DNA of 26,860 nt from Bacteroidales bacterium (GCA_030643125.1 DAOWML010000001.1:1-26860); one strand, 5' to 3'. Shown: positions 15,587 to 24,560, counted from the first letter of the stretch. The notes: a model not told the origin generated them from the letters alone. Numbers and translations: made by a program.

Positions 15587-15594
15587 CAAACATA
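15587..15594 (-). promoter_or_regulatory. -7 element (TATGTTTG) for the DUF3352-lipoprotein-DUF5723 operon
   Basis: Reverse complement is an exact TAnnTTTG match, 73 bp upstream of the ATG at 15513. Confidence 0.55.
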
Positions 15595-15638
15595 ATTAAA
15601 AATTGATTAAACCAATAATATCAAAGCTAATCAAATAG

Positions 15639-15646
15639 TAAATTTG
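15639..15646 (+). promoter_or_regulatory. -7 element (TAAATTTG) for the TonB-dependent receptor
   Basis: Exact TAnnTTTG match, 29 bp before the ATG at 15676. Confidence 0.65.
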
Positions 15647-15675
15647 CGCTTTAAAAATGTATACTTTTGTCATCA

Positions 15676-18075
15676 ATGAATAAAAAAACATATCTAATAT
15701 TAATAAGTTTCTTTTTACCTTTTTTTTCTTTTAGTCAAACCCTTTTATTAAAAGATGCAGAATTAAACGATCCGGTTGCGAATGTTGCAATTTATAATCA
15801 GGATCGCACCAAATCAGCTCTTTCAAATTCAAAAGGAGAGGTTTCGTTGAATATTTTTTCGGATAGCGAAATGATTTATCTTCAACATCCATCATATAAA
15901 AAAATACAATTTACTAAATCTGGCATAGATGAGTTTGTTATTTATTTGGAGAAAAAAATTATAGAAATAGAAGAGTATGTAATTTCTGCATATCGGTGGG
16001 AACAAAATAAAGATGAGATTCCAAATAAAATAACAAGGCTTACCCGGGAGGAAATAATATTTGATAATCCTCAAACTACAGCTGATTTATTAGAAAATTC
16101 AAACGAAGTTTTTGTTCAGAAAAGTCAAATGGGTGGAGGTAGTCCAATGATTCGTGGATTTTCGACAAATACTGTTTTATTAGTTATTGATGGTGTAAGA
16201 ATGAATAATGCAATTTACCGTGAGGGAAATTTGCAAAATGTAATTTCGTTAGATGCTAATGTGATTGAAAGCAGTGAAGTGATTTTTGGCCCCGGATCGG
16301 TAACTTATGGAAGTGATGCATTAGGTGGCGTAATGGATTTTCATACTTTAAGAGCAAAGCTTTCAACAGGTGAAGGCACACATTTTTCAGGGAATGTATT
16401 TACTCGATATTCATCGGCAAACAACGAAAAAACAGGACATCTGGATTTTAATATTGGTTCAAAAAAGTGGGGGCTTTTAACAAGTGTAAGTTATAGCGAT
16501 TATGATGATTTAAGAATGGGAAGCAAAAATAATTCAGAGTATCAACGTCCGGAATATGTTAAACTAATTAATGGAATAGATTCAATTATTACGAATAATA
16601 ATCCTGATGTTCAAATTGAGTCAGCTTATAGCCAAATCAATTTAATGCAGAAAATTCGTTTTCGTCCTGGTAAATATTTGGATATGACTTATGCTTTTCA
16701 TTATTCAAAACTTTCTGATGTTCCACGTTACGATCGTTTAATTCAATATAGTGGCGATGATTTAAAATACGGAGAATGGTATTACGGCCCTCAGCTTTGG
16801 ATGATGCACGCATTAAATGTGAATTATTCAAAGCCAAATACGCTTTTTGATAATTCGAAATTAACACTTGCTTATCAGGATTATGAAGAAAGCAGGCATG
16901 ATAGGAAATATCGAAACGTAAATTTAAGAGAAAGAACTGAAAATGTTCTTGCATATAGCTTGAATCTTGATTTTGATAAAAACCTGAAACGCGACAATCA
17001 ACTATTTTATGGTGTTGAAGCGGTTTATAATTCAGTTAATTCAATGGCTCGCAATAAAAATATTGTAAGCGGCGAAATATCTCCTGAATCAACCCGGTAT
17101 CCCGATGGGGTAAATAATTACACAACTTTAGCTGCATATTTAAGTTATAAAGAGAATTTTAGTGAAAAATTTACAACAATTACCGGTTTGCGTTTTAATT
17201 ATGTTAGTCTTTATTCAACTATAGAAGACACTTCGTTTTTCAATTTTCCTTATGATGATATTTCTGTTAATAACTGTGCTTTAAACGGATCAATCGGGTT
17301 TGTATATAAACCAATCAGAAGTTGGCAAATAAACCTGAATTTATCATCAGGATTTCATGCACCAAACATTGATGATATGGCAAAGATTTTTGATTCGGAG
17401 CCCGGTAATGTTGTTGTTCCAAACGAAAATCTTAAACCCGAATATGTGTATAATGTGGATTTAGGAGTTTCAAAAAATATCGAAGATTTTGCTTCTATTA
17501 GTATTACTGGATTTTACACCTTTTTAAATAATGCTTTAGTACGCAGAGATTATACGTTTAATGGCCAGGATTCAATTATTTATGACGGAGAAATGAGCAA
17601 AGTCCTTGCCATTGTTAATGCCGATAAAGCCTGTGTTTATGGTTTTAATGCTGCATTAAATATTAATCTCCCGTTAAAATTAAATCTTAAATCAATAATT
17701 AATTATACCTATGGTGAAGACCAGGACGGATTGCCGTTACGACATGTTGCGCCATTGTTCGGAAGTACAAGAATAACTTATACTAATAAAGGAATAACAG
17801 CATCGGTTTTTGCAAATTATAATGGAAAAATTGAATATGAAGAATTAGCTCCAAGCGAACAGGATAAACCTTATATGTATGCGACTGATAATAATGGCAA
17901 TCCATATTCTCCTTCGTGGTGGACTTTAAATTTTATGTCATCATATGATTTTAAAAATCGGGCAACAATTAACCTGGGTGTAGAAAACATTCTTGATAAT
18001 CGTTACAGGCCGTATTCTTCGGGAATTGTGTCGCCAGGCAGGAATTTCATAATAGGACTGCGCTTATATTTTTAG
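15676..18075 (+). CDS. TonB-dependent receptor (non-SusC type, resembles heme/iron-protein receptor families)
   Basis: Signal peptide, N-terminal carboxypeptidase-regulatory-like domain, TonB-box-like EEYVISA, plug motif GGGSPMIRGF...VLLVIDGVRMNNA, GSDALGGV, and C-terminal NLGVENILDNRY...GRNFIIGLRLYF. ATG 15676 preferred over TTG 15667. Confidence 0.9.
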   Translation: MNKKTYLILISFFLPFFSFSQTLLLKDAELNDPVANVAIYNQDRTKSALSNSKGEVSLNIFSDSEMIYLQHPSYKKIQFTKSGIDEFVIYLEKKIIEIEEYVISAYRWEQNKDEIPNKITRLTREEIIFDNPQTTADLLENSNEVFVQKSQMGGGSPMIRGFSTNTVLLVIDGVRMNNAIYREGNLQNVISLDANVIESSEVIFGPGSVTYGSDALGGVMDFHTLRAKLSTGEGTHFSGNVFTRYSSANNEKTGHLDFNIGSKKWGLLTSVSYSDYDDLRMGSKNNSEYQRPEYVKLINGIDSIITNNNPDVQIESAYSQINLMQKIRFRPGKYLDMTYAFHYSKLSDVPRYDRLIQYSGDDLKYGEWYYGPQLWMMHALNVNYSKPNTLFDNSKLTLAYQDYEESRHDRKYRNVNLRERTENVLAYSLNLDFDKNLKRDNQLFYGVEAVYNSVNSMARNKNIVSGEISPESTRYPDGVNNYTTLAAYLSYKENFSEKFTTITGLRFNYVSLYSTIEDTSFFNFPYDDISVNNCALNGSIGFVYKPIRSWQINLNLSSGFHAPNIDDMAKIFDSEPGNVVVPNENLKPEYVYNVDLGVSKNIEDFASISITGFYTFLNNALVRRDYTFNGQDSIIYDGEMSKVLAIVNADKACVYGFNAALNINLPLKLNLKSIINYTYGEDQDGLPLRHVAPLFGSTRITYTNKGITASVFANYNGKIEYEELAPSEQDKPYMYATDNNGNPYSPSWWTLNFMSSYDFKNRATINLGVENILDNRYRPYSSGIVSPGRNFIIGLRLYF

Positions 18076-18174
18076 AAAAATCAAATTTATTGTAACTTTT
18101 TGGTTCGAAGATTGTAAAGAAATATATTAAATTGGTATTTTTAGTTTTTATTAATTCAACTAATCTTTTCAAGA

Positions 18175-19236
18175 ATGAAAAATATAGTTGCTGCTGTTTT
18201 CTTCCTGTTTGCTTTGAGTTTGTCTCTGTATTCACAAGAAGAGTCACAATCAAATATTATTGATCAGGATAAAAAAAAGTACGAAGAAAATGTATTTAAC
18301 CAGACTTTTGATGAATATTCAGACACTACTGATTCAAAAAGAAAACTGTATGATAGAATTCCCGAAAAACTTCCCGATTGGGTTTTTACACCGATTGATT
18401 TAAGCTCAACTATAAAAATTGTTGGAATTTCGGATCCAAATATGGAAAAGAAGGAAGCATATAAACAAGCTGTATTAAGAGCGAAAGCAATGTATGCATT
18501 AATGAATTTTAGTACAGTAAGTAATATTACCGATGATTATACTAATTTAAAAGAATCAGGGAAGTATTCATTATATACAACAAAATTCCAGGATTTTTCT
18601 CTGTCAAAAGCAGAAATGGCCTATAATGATTCATCAATTATATTAACCGACACTTTTTATACAAAATATAACGAAGGAGTGGTTTTAATCGAAATTAATC
18701 ATAAGTTAAATTCTAAAGAAAATAAAGACACACTATTTGTTAAAGGAGAACATTTACAGATATTTATCGAGAAAAATTTCAGAAATGAAAAGATTGAATT
18801 TTTCAGTTTTTCGATTCAGGATAATTTAGAAAAAAATGATTCTGGCAATTTTTTAGCACAATATAATTATAGAGTAGTTAATCGTGGATATGATATTTAT
18901 TCGATTTATGGTGATAAATCAATTAAATTTAAGGAACGAACGTATAATTATCGAACTGACTTAGAGTTTGCAAAAGATACCACAGATTCTGAATTAAATA
19001 CTTTCAGGTTAAGCCGAGGATTGTGGAATGGGTATTTGACAGGAGTTTTAAGCAATATAACTGTGCTGTCAAAACAATTGGCAAGTCACATAAAAAATAC
19101 AAATGATTATTACACTTTAAAAAACGAAGGTCTTATTCGTACAGTGGCAAGAAATAAAGTTTCATTTGGCTTTAACGATTTTAAAATGTACGAAAATCAG
19201 TTTTATGTTGATTTGCGTGGTGTAATCTTACAATAG
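18175..19236 (+). CDS. Secreted hypothetical protein with an LPP20-like segment
   Basis: Signal peptide ending YS|Q. KLPDWV...IVGISDPNMEKKEAYKQAVLRAKAMYAL resembles the LPP20 motif by eye only. Confidence 0.5.
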   Translation: MKNIVAAVFFLFALSLSLYSQEESQSNIIDQDKKKYEENVFNQTFDEYSDTTDSKRKLYDRIPEKLPDWVFTPIDLSSTIKIVGISDPNMEKKEAYKQAVLRAKAMYALMNFSTVSNITDDYTNLKESGKYSLYTTKFQDFSLSKAEMAYNDSSIILTDTFYTKYNEGVVLIEINHKLNSKENKDTLFVKGEHLQIFIEKNFRNEKIEFFSFSIQDNLEKNDSGNFLAQYNYRVVNRGYDIYSIYGDKSIKFKERTYNYRTDLEFAKDTTDSELNTFRLSRGLWNGYLTGVLSNITVLSKQLASHIKNTNDYYTLKNEGLIRTVARNKVSFGFNDFKMYENQFYVDLRGVILQ

Positions 19237-19270
19237 CTTATATTTGTATAAATAAAGCTTGGGTCTGATT

Positions 19271-21376
19271 ATGAAACGACCTTATTTCCCATATTTAATA
19301 CTTTTTGTTTTTCTATTGATTGGGCACATTGTATTTGCTCAAAACAATAGCGCATTAGTTTCTGTTCAATACAAATTAGTAAAGCCAAAGTCAAATCAAA
19401 TTCCAAATTATTCTGGAGATTTTCAAACACAAACAGCTCGTTTAAAATCAGAAAAACCAGTTAGGATTTTAGTTTTAGATCAGGATAATCAACCTGGTAA
19501 AAATTTAGCCGTAAAACTTCAGAATATTTCTGTTCCTGAGGGCGATAAAAAATTTAAAATTATTGATACCCTTACTTATACTGATACATTGGGAATTGCA
19601 GAAACATATGTTATTTTGGGCTCAAAAGAAGGAATGTATGAAATTTCGGCTCAATTAGTAGAATATCCTGAAACTAATTTTTTGATTTATAAGATTTTTG
19701 CACGGAAAACAAATTGGGTATTTCTTCTTATTGCCGGTTTAATTGGAGGATTGGGATTGTTCCTTTTAGGGATGACAATGATGAGTGATGGAATGCAGAA
19801 TGCCGCGGGTGATAAAATGCGAACAGTATTGAGCCAGATCACACATCACAGGCTTATTGCTGTGGGAGTTGGAACGTTTGTTACTATGATTATACAAAGT
19901 AGCAGCGCCACAACAGTTATGTTGGTGAGTTTTGTTCATTCTAAACTAATTAAATTTAAAAATACCATTGGCATAATTCTGGGAGCAGGAATTGGGACAA
20001 CCATAACGGCACAGTTAATAGCATTTAAATTAACAGATTATTCTCTTTTATTAATTGGAATTGGTTTTTTATTGAACTCGGTTACTAAATCGGTATATGT
20101 ACGAAATATCGGTAAAACCATTTTAGGGTTTGGGATTCTGTTTTTTGGAATGCATATTATGTCAGAGTCAATGTATCCATTGAGATCTTTCACCCCTTTT
20201 ATAGATTTAATAGTAAAACTTGAAAATCCGGTTTTGGGAATACTTGTAGGTGCGGTATTTACTGCCTTAATACAAAGTAGTAGTGCATTTATTGGTATCA
20301 TGATTGTATTGGCAACACAGGGCTTATTGAGTTTAGAGGCGTCTATCTCTTTGCTCTTTGGTGCAAATATAGGAACAGCAATTACGGCAATTTTAGCAAG
20401 TATAAAAACCGATCGTGAAGCAAAACAGGTTGCTTTAGCACATACATTGATAAAAGTTATTGGTGTTCTAGTCTTTTTGTTTTGGATTCCACGGTTTGCT
20501 GAATTAGTGAAAATTATTTCACCAAAAAGTCTTTTGCCTGATGGAGATTTTAATTCTTTAGCCGAAACGGTTCCCCGTCAGATTGCCAATGCACATACAG
20601 TTTTTAATATTGTTTTAACATGTTTAATTCTTCCATTTACAAATACCTTCGGGAAATTTATTGAAAAACTTCTTCCCGTAAAATTTGTTGAAAAACCGAT
20701 TTTAAAACCGATTCATCTTGATTATGGAATGGTAAAGAATTCATCTTTAGCATTGAGCTTAGCAAAAAAAGAAACAATAAGGATGGGTAAGTTGGTTCAG
20801 AATATGACCGGAGATATTATTATTCCATATTTAGTTAAAAAAACAGAAGTTATAAATGAGATAAAACAAAAAGAGAAGGAAGTTAATTTTCTGCGTGATC
20901 AGATTAGTGATTATATATTGAAAATTACGCGCGAAAACCTTAATGAAGAACGTGTAAATGAATCATTTCAGTTACTATATGCGGTAAAAGAATTTGAACA
21001 AATTGCTGATATAGTATCTAAAAACATGATAAAAAAAGCGGCAAGATGGAGTAAAATGGATTTTGAATTTTCTGTTGAGGGTAAAAATGAAATTATAAAT
21101 TATCATACAAAAACCCAAAAACAGTTAAGTAGAGCATTGGAAGTATTCGAAAATGTAAATTTGGAGAAAGCAAAAGCGATGAAAGAAAAATACCGACGAT
21201 ATCGAAATATGGAAATAGAATTGGAGAAGCAACATTTCAAAAGATTGCAGGATGAAATAATAGAAACAATTTCAAGCAGTAAAACACACGTTGAGCTAAT
21301 GACATATCTGAGAGCGATCAACGGGCATGCAACGAATATTGCCAGAATATTGTTAAAATGGCCGGTAAAAAACTAA
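19271..21376 (+). CDS. Na+/Pi cotransporter (NptA/SLC34-like) with PhoU-like C-terminus and an extra N-terminal Ig-like domain
   Basis: Two QSSS repeats (IIQSSSATT, LIQSSSAFI), GAGIGTT and GANIGT motifs, IANAHTVFN, and helical PhoU-like tail ending INGHATNIA. ATG 19271 preferred over TTG 19259. Confidence 0.9.
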   Translation: MKRPYFPYLILFVFLLIGHIVFAQNNSALVSVQYKLVKPKSNQIPNYSGDFQTQTARLKSEKPVRILVLDQDNQPGKNLAVKLQNISVPEGDKKFKIIDTLTYTDTLGIAETYVILGSKEGMYEISAQLVEYPETNFLIYKIFARKTNWVFLLIAGLIGGLGLFLLGMTMMSDGMQNAAGDKMRTVLSQITHHRLIAVGVGTFVTMIIQSSSATTVMLVSFVHSKLIKFKNTIGIILGAGIGTTITAQLIAFKLTDYSLLLIGIGFLLNSVTKSVYVRNIGKTILGFGILFFGMHIMSESMYPLRSFTPFIDLIVKLENPVLGILVGAVFTALIQSSSAFIGIMIVLATQGLLSLEASISLLFGANIGTAITAILASIKTDREAKQVALAHTLIKVIGVLVFLFWIPRFAELVKIISPKSLLPDGDFNSLAETVPRQIANAHTVFNIVLTCLILPFTNTFGKFIEKLLPVKFVEKPILKPIHLDYGMVKNSSLALSLAKKETIRMGKLVQNMTGDIIIPYLVKKTEVINEIKQKEKEVNFLRDQISDYILKITRENLNEERVNESFQLLYAVKEFEQIADIVSKNMIKKAARWSKMDFEFSVEGKNEIINYHTKTQKQLSRALEVFENVNLEKAKAMKEKYRRYRNMEIELEKQHFKRLQDEIIETISSSKTHVELMTYLRAINGHATNIARILLKWPVKN

Positions 21377-21525
21377 GTGAAACAGGTATTGGTGGATTAG
21401 CAAAAAACTGGAAGCCATTTCAGAATTAATTTTGAACCTTTTTGTTCTGATCTTGTTTGATTCAACTATGCCAATTTAAAACAGAATGCATAAACTTATC
21501 TTAAGAATCCATAATTTATTAACGT

Positions 21526-22341
21526 ATGATTAATGAAACCGTATTATTCGCATTTGGACTAACTTTATTTGCAGGTTTATCTACAGGAATAGGAAGCGCT
21601 CTGGCTTTTTTTACAAAAACAACAAATACTAAGTTCCTGTCGTTTGCTCTGGGCTTTTCGGCGGGTGTAATGATCTATGTATCAATGATTGAAATCTTTT
21701 TTAAAGCTAAAGATTCTTTGGTAGCAGAACTGGGAGAAAAAATGGGTTCATGGATAACTGTAGCTTCTTTTTTTGGAGGTATATTTTTTATTGCAATTAT
21801 CGATAAGTTAATCCCTTCAATAGAAAACCCACATGAAATTCGAATGGTTGAAGAAATGGATGAAGAAGCAAAAAAAGAACATAAGCGTAAAAAACTTATG
21901 AAAATGGGAATGTTTACCGCTTTAGCCATTGCTATTCATAATTTTCCTGAAGGTTTGGCAACATTTACTGCTGCCCTTACCGATCCTAGTTTAGGTATTG
22001 CAATTGCAGTGGCGATTGCTATTCATAATATTCCTGAAGGAATTGCTGTTTCAGTACCAATTTATTTTGCAACAGGTAGTAAAAAGAAAGCATTCTGGCA
22101 TTCGTTTTTGTCAGGCTTAGCAGAACCGGTAGGTGCTTTAATCGGGTATTTATTATTAATGCCATTTTTGTCTGATACTCTTTTTGGGATTTTGTTTGCA
22201 GGAGTGGCTGGCATTATGGTATTTATTTCTATTGATGAGCTTTTACCTGTTGCACGAGAATATGGTGAGCATCATTTGTCTATTTACGGTTTAGTATTAG
22301 GAATGATGGTAATGGCAGTTAGTTTGTTGATGTTTATATAG
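21526..22341 (+). CDS. zupT: ZIP-family zinc/divalent metal transporter ZupT (GufA type)
   Basis: [12 protein letters not shown] and [13 protein letters not shown] metal-binding helices, SGLAEPVGA, and [13 protein letters not shown]. Confidence 0.93.
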   Translation: MINETVLFAFGLTLFAGLSTGIGSALAFFTKTTNTKFLSFALGFSAGVMIYVSMIEIFFKAKDSLVAELGEKMGSWITVASFFGGIFFIAIIDKLIPSIENPHEIRMVEEMDEEAKKEHKRKKLMKMGMFTALAIAIHNFPEGLATFTAALTDPSLGIAIAVAIAIHNIPEGIAVSVPIYFATGSKKKAFWHSFLSGLAEPVGALIGYLLLMPFLSDTLFGILFAGVAGIMVFISIDELLPVAREYGEHHLSIYGLVLGMMVMAVSLLMFI

Positions 22342-22356
22342 AAAAAAGAATCAAGA

Positions 22357-22469
22357 TTTTAGATATAAGTATCAAGTAAAACTTACTTTAACATTTTCAT
22401 TATTTAGGCTACTATTTCAAATAATAAACCTATAATTATTCATCTCGATACTTGATACAATATCTAAAA
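22357..22469. repeat. Inverted repeat pair between the convergent zupT and trpS genes
   Basis: TTTTAGATATAAGTATCAAGTA (22357-22378) versus the reverse complement of 22449-22469 (TTTTAGATATTGTATCAAGTA), with a 70-bp spacer. Confidence 0.65.
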
Positions 22470-23453
22470 AGGCTTAAACCCAATAATTTCTCTTACTTCT
22501 TTAATTGTTTTAGATGCGCTTTCTCTTGCTTTTTCCGCACCCATATTTGCTACTTTCCTTAAATAGTCATTATTAGCAGAAATTTCCAGTATTTTTTCGC
22601 GAATAGGAGATGTGAAATGTATAATATCTTCGGCAAGCTGCTTTTTTAAATCACCATACCTGATTTCACAATTAGCATATTTTTCTTTAAAGAAATCAAT
22701 CGTGCTTTTTTCTGAAACAACGTTCATTAATGTAAATAAGTTTTGTATAGGTTCCGGCATTTCTGAATTCATTTCAGTGGGGCCACTATCAGTAACAGCA
22801 CGCATAACTTTTTTTCTAATATCTTTAGGATCGTCAACCAGGTAAATTCCATTTCCTTCTGATTTTCCCATTTTTCCCGTACCGTCTAAGCCTGGAATTT
22901 TTATTAATGTCTCACCAAAATTATATGGTTGAGGTTCGGTAAAATATTCAACTTTATACAAGTTATTGAAACGACGTGCAAATTTACGGGCCATTTCCAG
23001 ATTTTGCTCCTGATCTTTTCCCACAGGAACTTTTGATGCATTATGAATAATTATGTCAGCGGTTTGAAGTACAGGATAAGTCAGAAGACCTGCATTTACA
23101 TTTTCAGGCTGTTTTCGTATTTTGTCTTTAAATGATGTTGTTCGCTCAAGTTCCCCAATATAAGCATTCATATTTAGAAGAAGATATAATTCAGCTATCT
23201 CGGGAACATCACTTTGTATATATAAAGTTGAAACTTCAGGGTCTAATCCACAAGCCAGATATTCTGCCATAACTTGCTTAACGCTGCCATGTAAATCCCC
23301 CGGAGTGGGATGAGTTGTTAATGAATGATAATCGGCAATAAAAAAATAGCAGTTATTTGTGTGCTGCATTTTAACAAAGTTTTTCATAGCACCAAAATAA
23401 TTTCCTAAATGTAGATTTCCTGTTGGCCTAATTCCACTAACAACCGTTTCCAT
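22464..23453 (-). CDS. trpS: Tryptophan--tRNA ligase
   Basis: VSGIRPTGNLHLGNY (HIGH motif), LLTYPVLQTADII, VPVGKDQEQNLE, KMGKS (KMSKS motif), YGDLKKQLAE. Confidence 0.97.
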   Translation of the reverse strand: METVVSGIRPTGNLHLGNYFGAMKNFVKMQHTNNCYFFIADYHSLTTHPTPGDLHGSVKQVMAEYLACGLDPEVSTLYIQSDVPEIAELYLLLNMNAYIGELERTTSFKDKIRKQPENVNAGLLTYPVLQTADIIIHNASKVPVGKDQEQNLEMARKFARRFNNLYKVEYFTEPQPYNFGETLIKIPGLDGTGKMGKSEGNGIYLVDDPKDIRKKVMRAVTDSGPTEMNSEMPEPIQNLFTLMNVVSEKSTIDFFKEKYANCEIRYGDLKKQLAEDIIHFTSPIREKILEISANNDYLRKVANMGAEKARESASKTIKEVREIIGFKPF

Positions 23454-23485
23454 AAAATTTTATTTAATTTATTGATTGAATATAG

Positions 23486-23501
23486 TACTTTTGCAAAAGT
23501 A
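23486..23501. promoter_or_regulatory. Palindromic pair of -7 elements (TACTTTTG|CAAAAGTA) for divergent trpS and DUF4834 genes
   Basis: 16-bp perfect palindrome that reads TAnnTTTG on both strands. Confidence 0.6.
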
Positions 23502-23594
23502 AAAAATGTTTGTTAATAATTAACTCCTTCTTTCGCTTTTATGAAAGATGGTTTTTAAAAGAGATACTTTAAGAAAAGAGAAAAATAATATATT

Positions 23595-23831
23595 ATGGTC
23601 TTAGTTAGATTTTTATTGATCGTATTTTTAATTTATTTTATTATTCGAATTTTTACCCGATATATATTTCGATCTTATTTTAAAAAGATGCAAGGTAATT
23701 TTGAAAATCAACAAAACCAATACAACAACAAGAAAGAAGGTGATGTTACCATAAATACAAAATCCGGTAAGAATAAAAAGATTGATAAAAACGAGGGTGA
23801 TTATATTGATTACGAAGAAATAAAAGAATAA
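23595..23831 (+). CDS. DUF4834-family small membrane protein
   Basis: N-terminal TM helix, Q/N-rich linker, KKEGDVTI, and C-terminal EGDYIDYEEIKE. Confidence 0.8.
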   Translation: MVLVRFLLIVFLIYFIIRIFTRYIFRSYFKKMQGNFENQQNQYNNKKEGDVTINTKSGKNKKIDKNEGDYIDYEEIKE

Positions 23832-23919
23832 TTGTTTTACTATCCTCCTTCACTAATTACAGGCTCTAATTAAATATTCATTTCCAGAGGATAATGGAAA
23901 TAAGCTATTGGTATTTTTC

Positions 23920-23991
23920 TCACAACGAACATAATGTAGGCCATTGCCTGCTATGCTTATAGATTTCAAATATTATCTAAAATAGTTGGGT
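23920..23991 (-). repeat. Degenerate attC-like imperfect inverted repeat downstream of rnhA
   Basis: Minus strand reads ACCCAAC-TATTTTAG-ATAATAT...ACATTAT-GTTC-GTTGTGA, starting 14 bp after the rnhA stop. Confidence 0.25.
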
Positions 23992-24005
23992 TTTTGACAT
24001 ATAAA

Positions 24006-24482
24006 TCAAATTTTAAAAAGTGTTTCATCAGAGTTTTCGTAAGCTTCATCAATTAGTATATTTGATTTTTTAGATGCTTCAACTGCAAGCTGGTCACATC
24101 GTTCATTTTCGGGGATATTGGCGTGTCCTTTTATCCAATGGAATTTTACCTGGTGTTTTCGATAAATTTTTAAAAATCTGATCCACAGATCCGGATTTTT
24201 CTTTTTCTTAAATTGTTTTTTCTCCCAATCAAACACCCAGCCTTTTTCAACTGCATCGGCAACATATTTCGAATCAGTATAAATTTCTGCAATACTGTTT
24301 TCAAGCTTTAAGGTTTCCAGGGCAACTATAACAGCTAATAATTCCATTCTGTTATTTGTTGTTTTTCTAAATCCTTCTGAAAGTTCTTTTCTGTGCTGTC
24401 CGTATTTCATTACAATTCCGTATCCTCCCGGTCCGGGATTTCCACGGGCAGCGCCATCAGTATATATTATGATTTTTGACAT
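24006..24482 (-). CDS. rnhA: Ribonuclease HI
   Basis: IYTDGAARGNPGPGGYG, TTNNRMELLAVI, IYTDSKYV, KNPDLW, WIKGHA...NERCDQLA. All acidic catalytic residues present. Confidence 0.97.
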   Translation of the reverse strand: MSKIIIYTDGAARGNPGPGGYGIVMKYGQHRKELSEGFRKTTNNRMELLAVIVALETLKLENSIAEIYTDSKYVADAVEKGWVFDWEKKQFKKKKNPDLWIRFLKIYRKHQVKFHWIKGHANIPENERCDQLAVEASKKSNILIDEAYENSDETLFKI

Positions 24483-24506
24483 AAGTTTTATTTAAGGTAT
24501 AAATAT

Positions 24507-24538
24507 AAAAAAAGGGATGCAATAAAATGCATCCCTTT
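24507..24538 (-). terminator. Intrinsic terminator of the S46 peptidase gene
   Basis: AAAGGGATGCA (24511-24521) / TGCATCCCTTT (24528-24538) with a 6-nt loop. The A-run at 24507-24513 gives a U7 tract on the minus strand. Confidence 0.85.
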
Positions 24539-24560
24539 ACTGATATAAAATTTAAACTGT

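Noticed and set aside
15518-15614. GATTAAACCA direct repeat (15518-15527 and 15605-15614) and TTGAT-like site in the divergent promoter
   Set aside because: 87-bp spacing, AT-rich, and no proper TGAT-N4-ATCA symmetry. Compatible with chance.
23880-23901. ATTTCCA-N8-TGGAAAT inverted repeat as a terminator
   Set aside because: Weak AT-rich 7-bp stem with a long loop and no U-tract on either strand.
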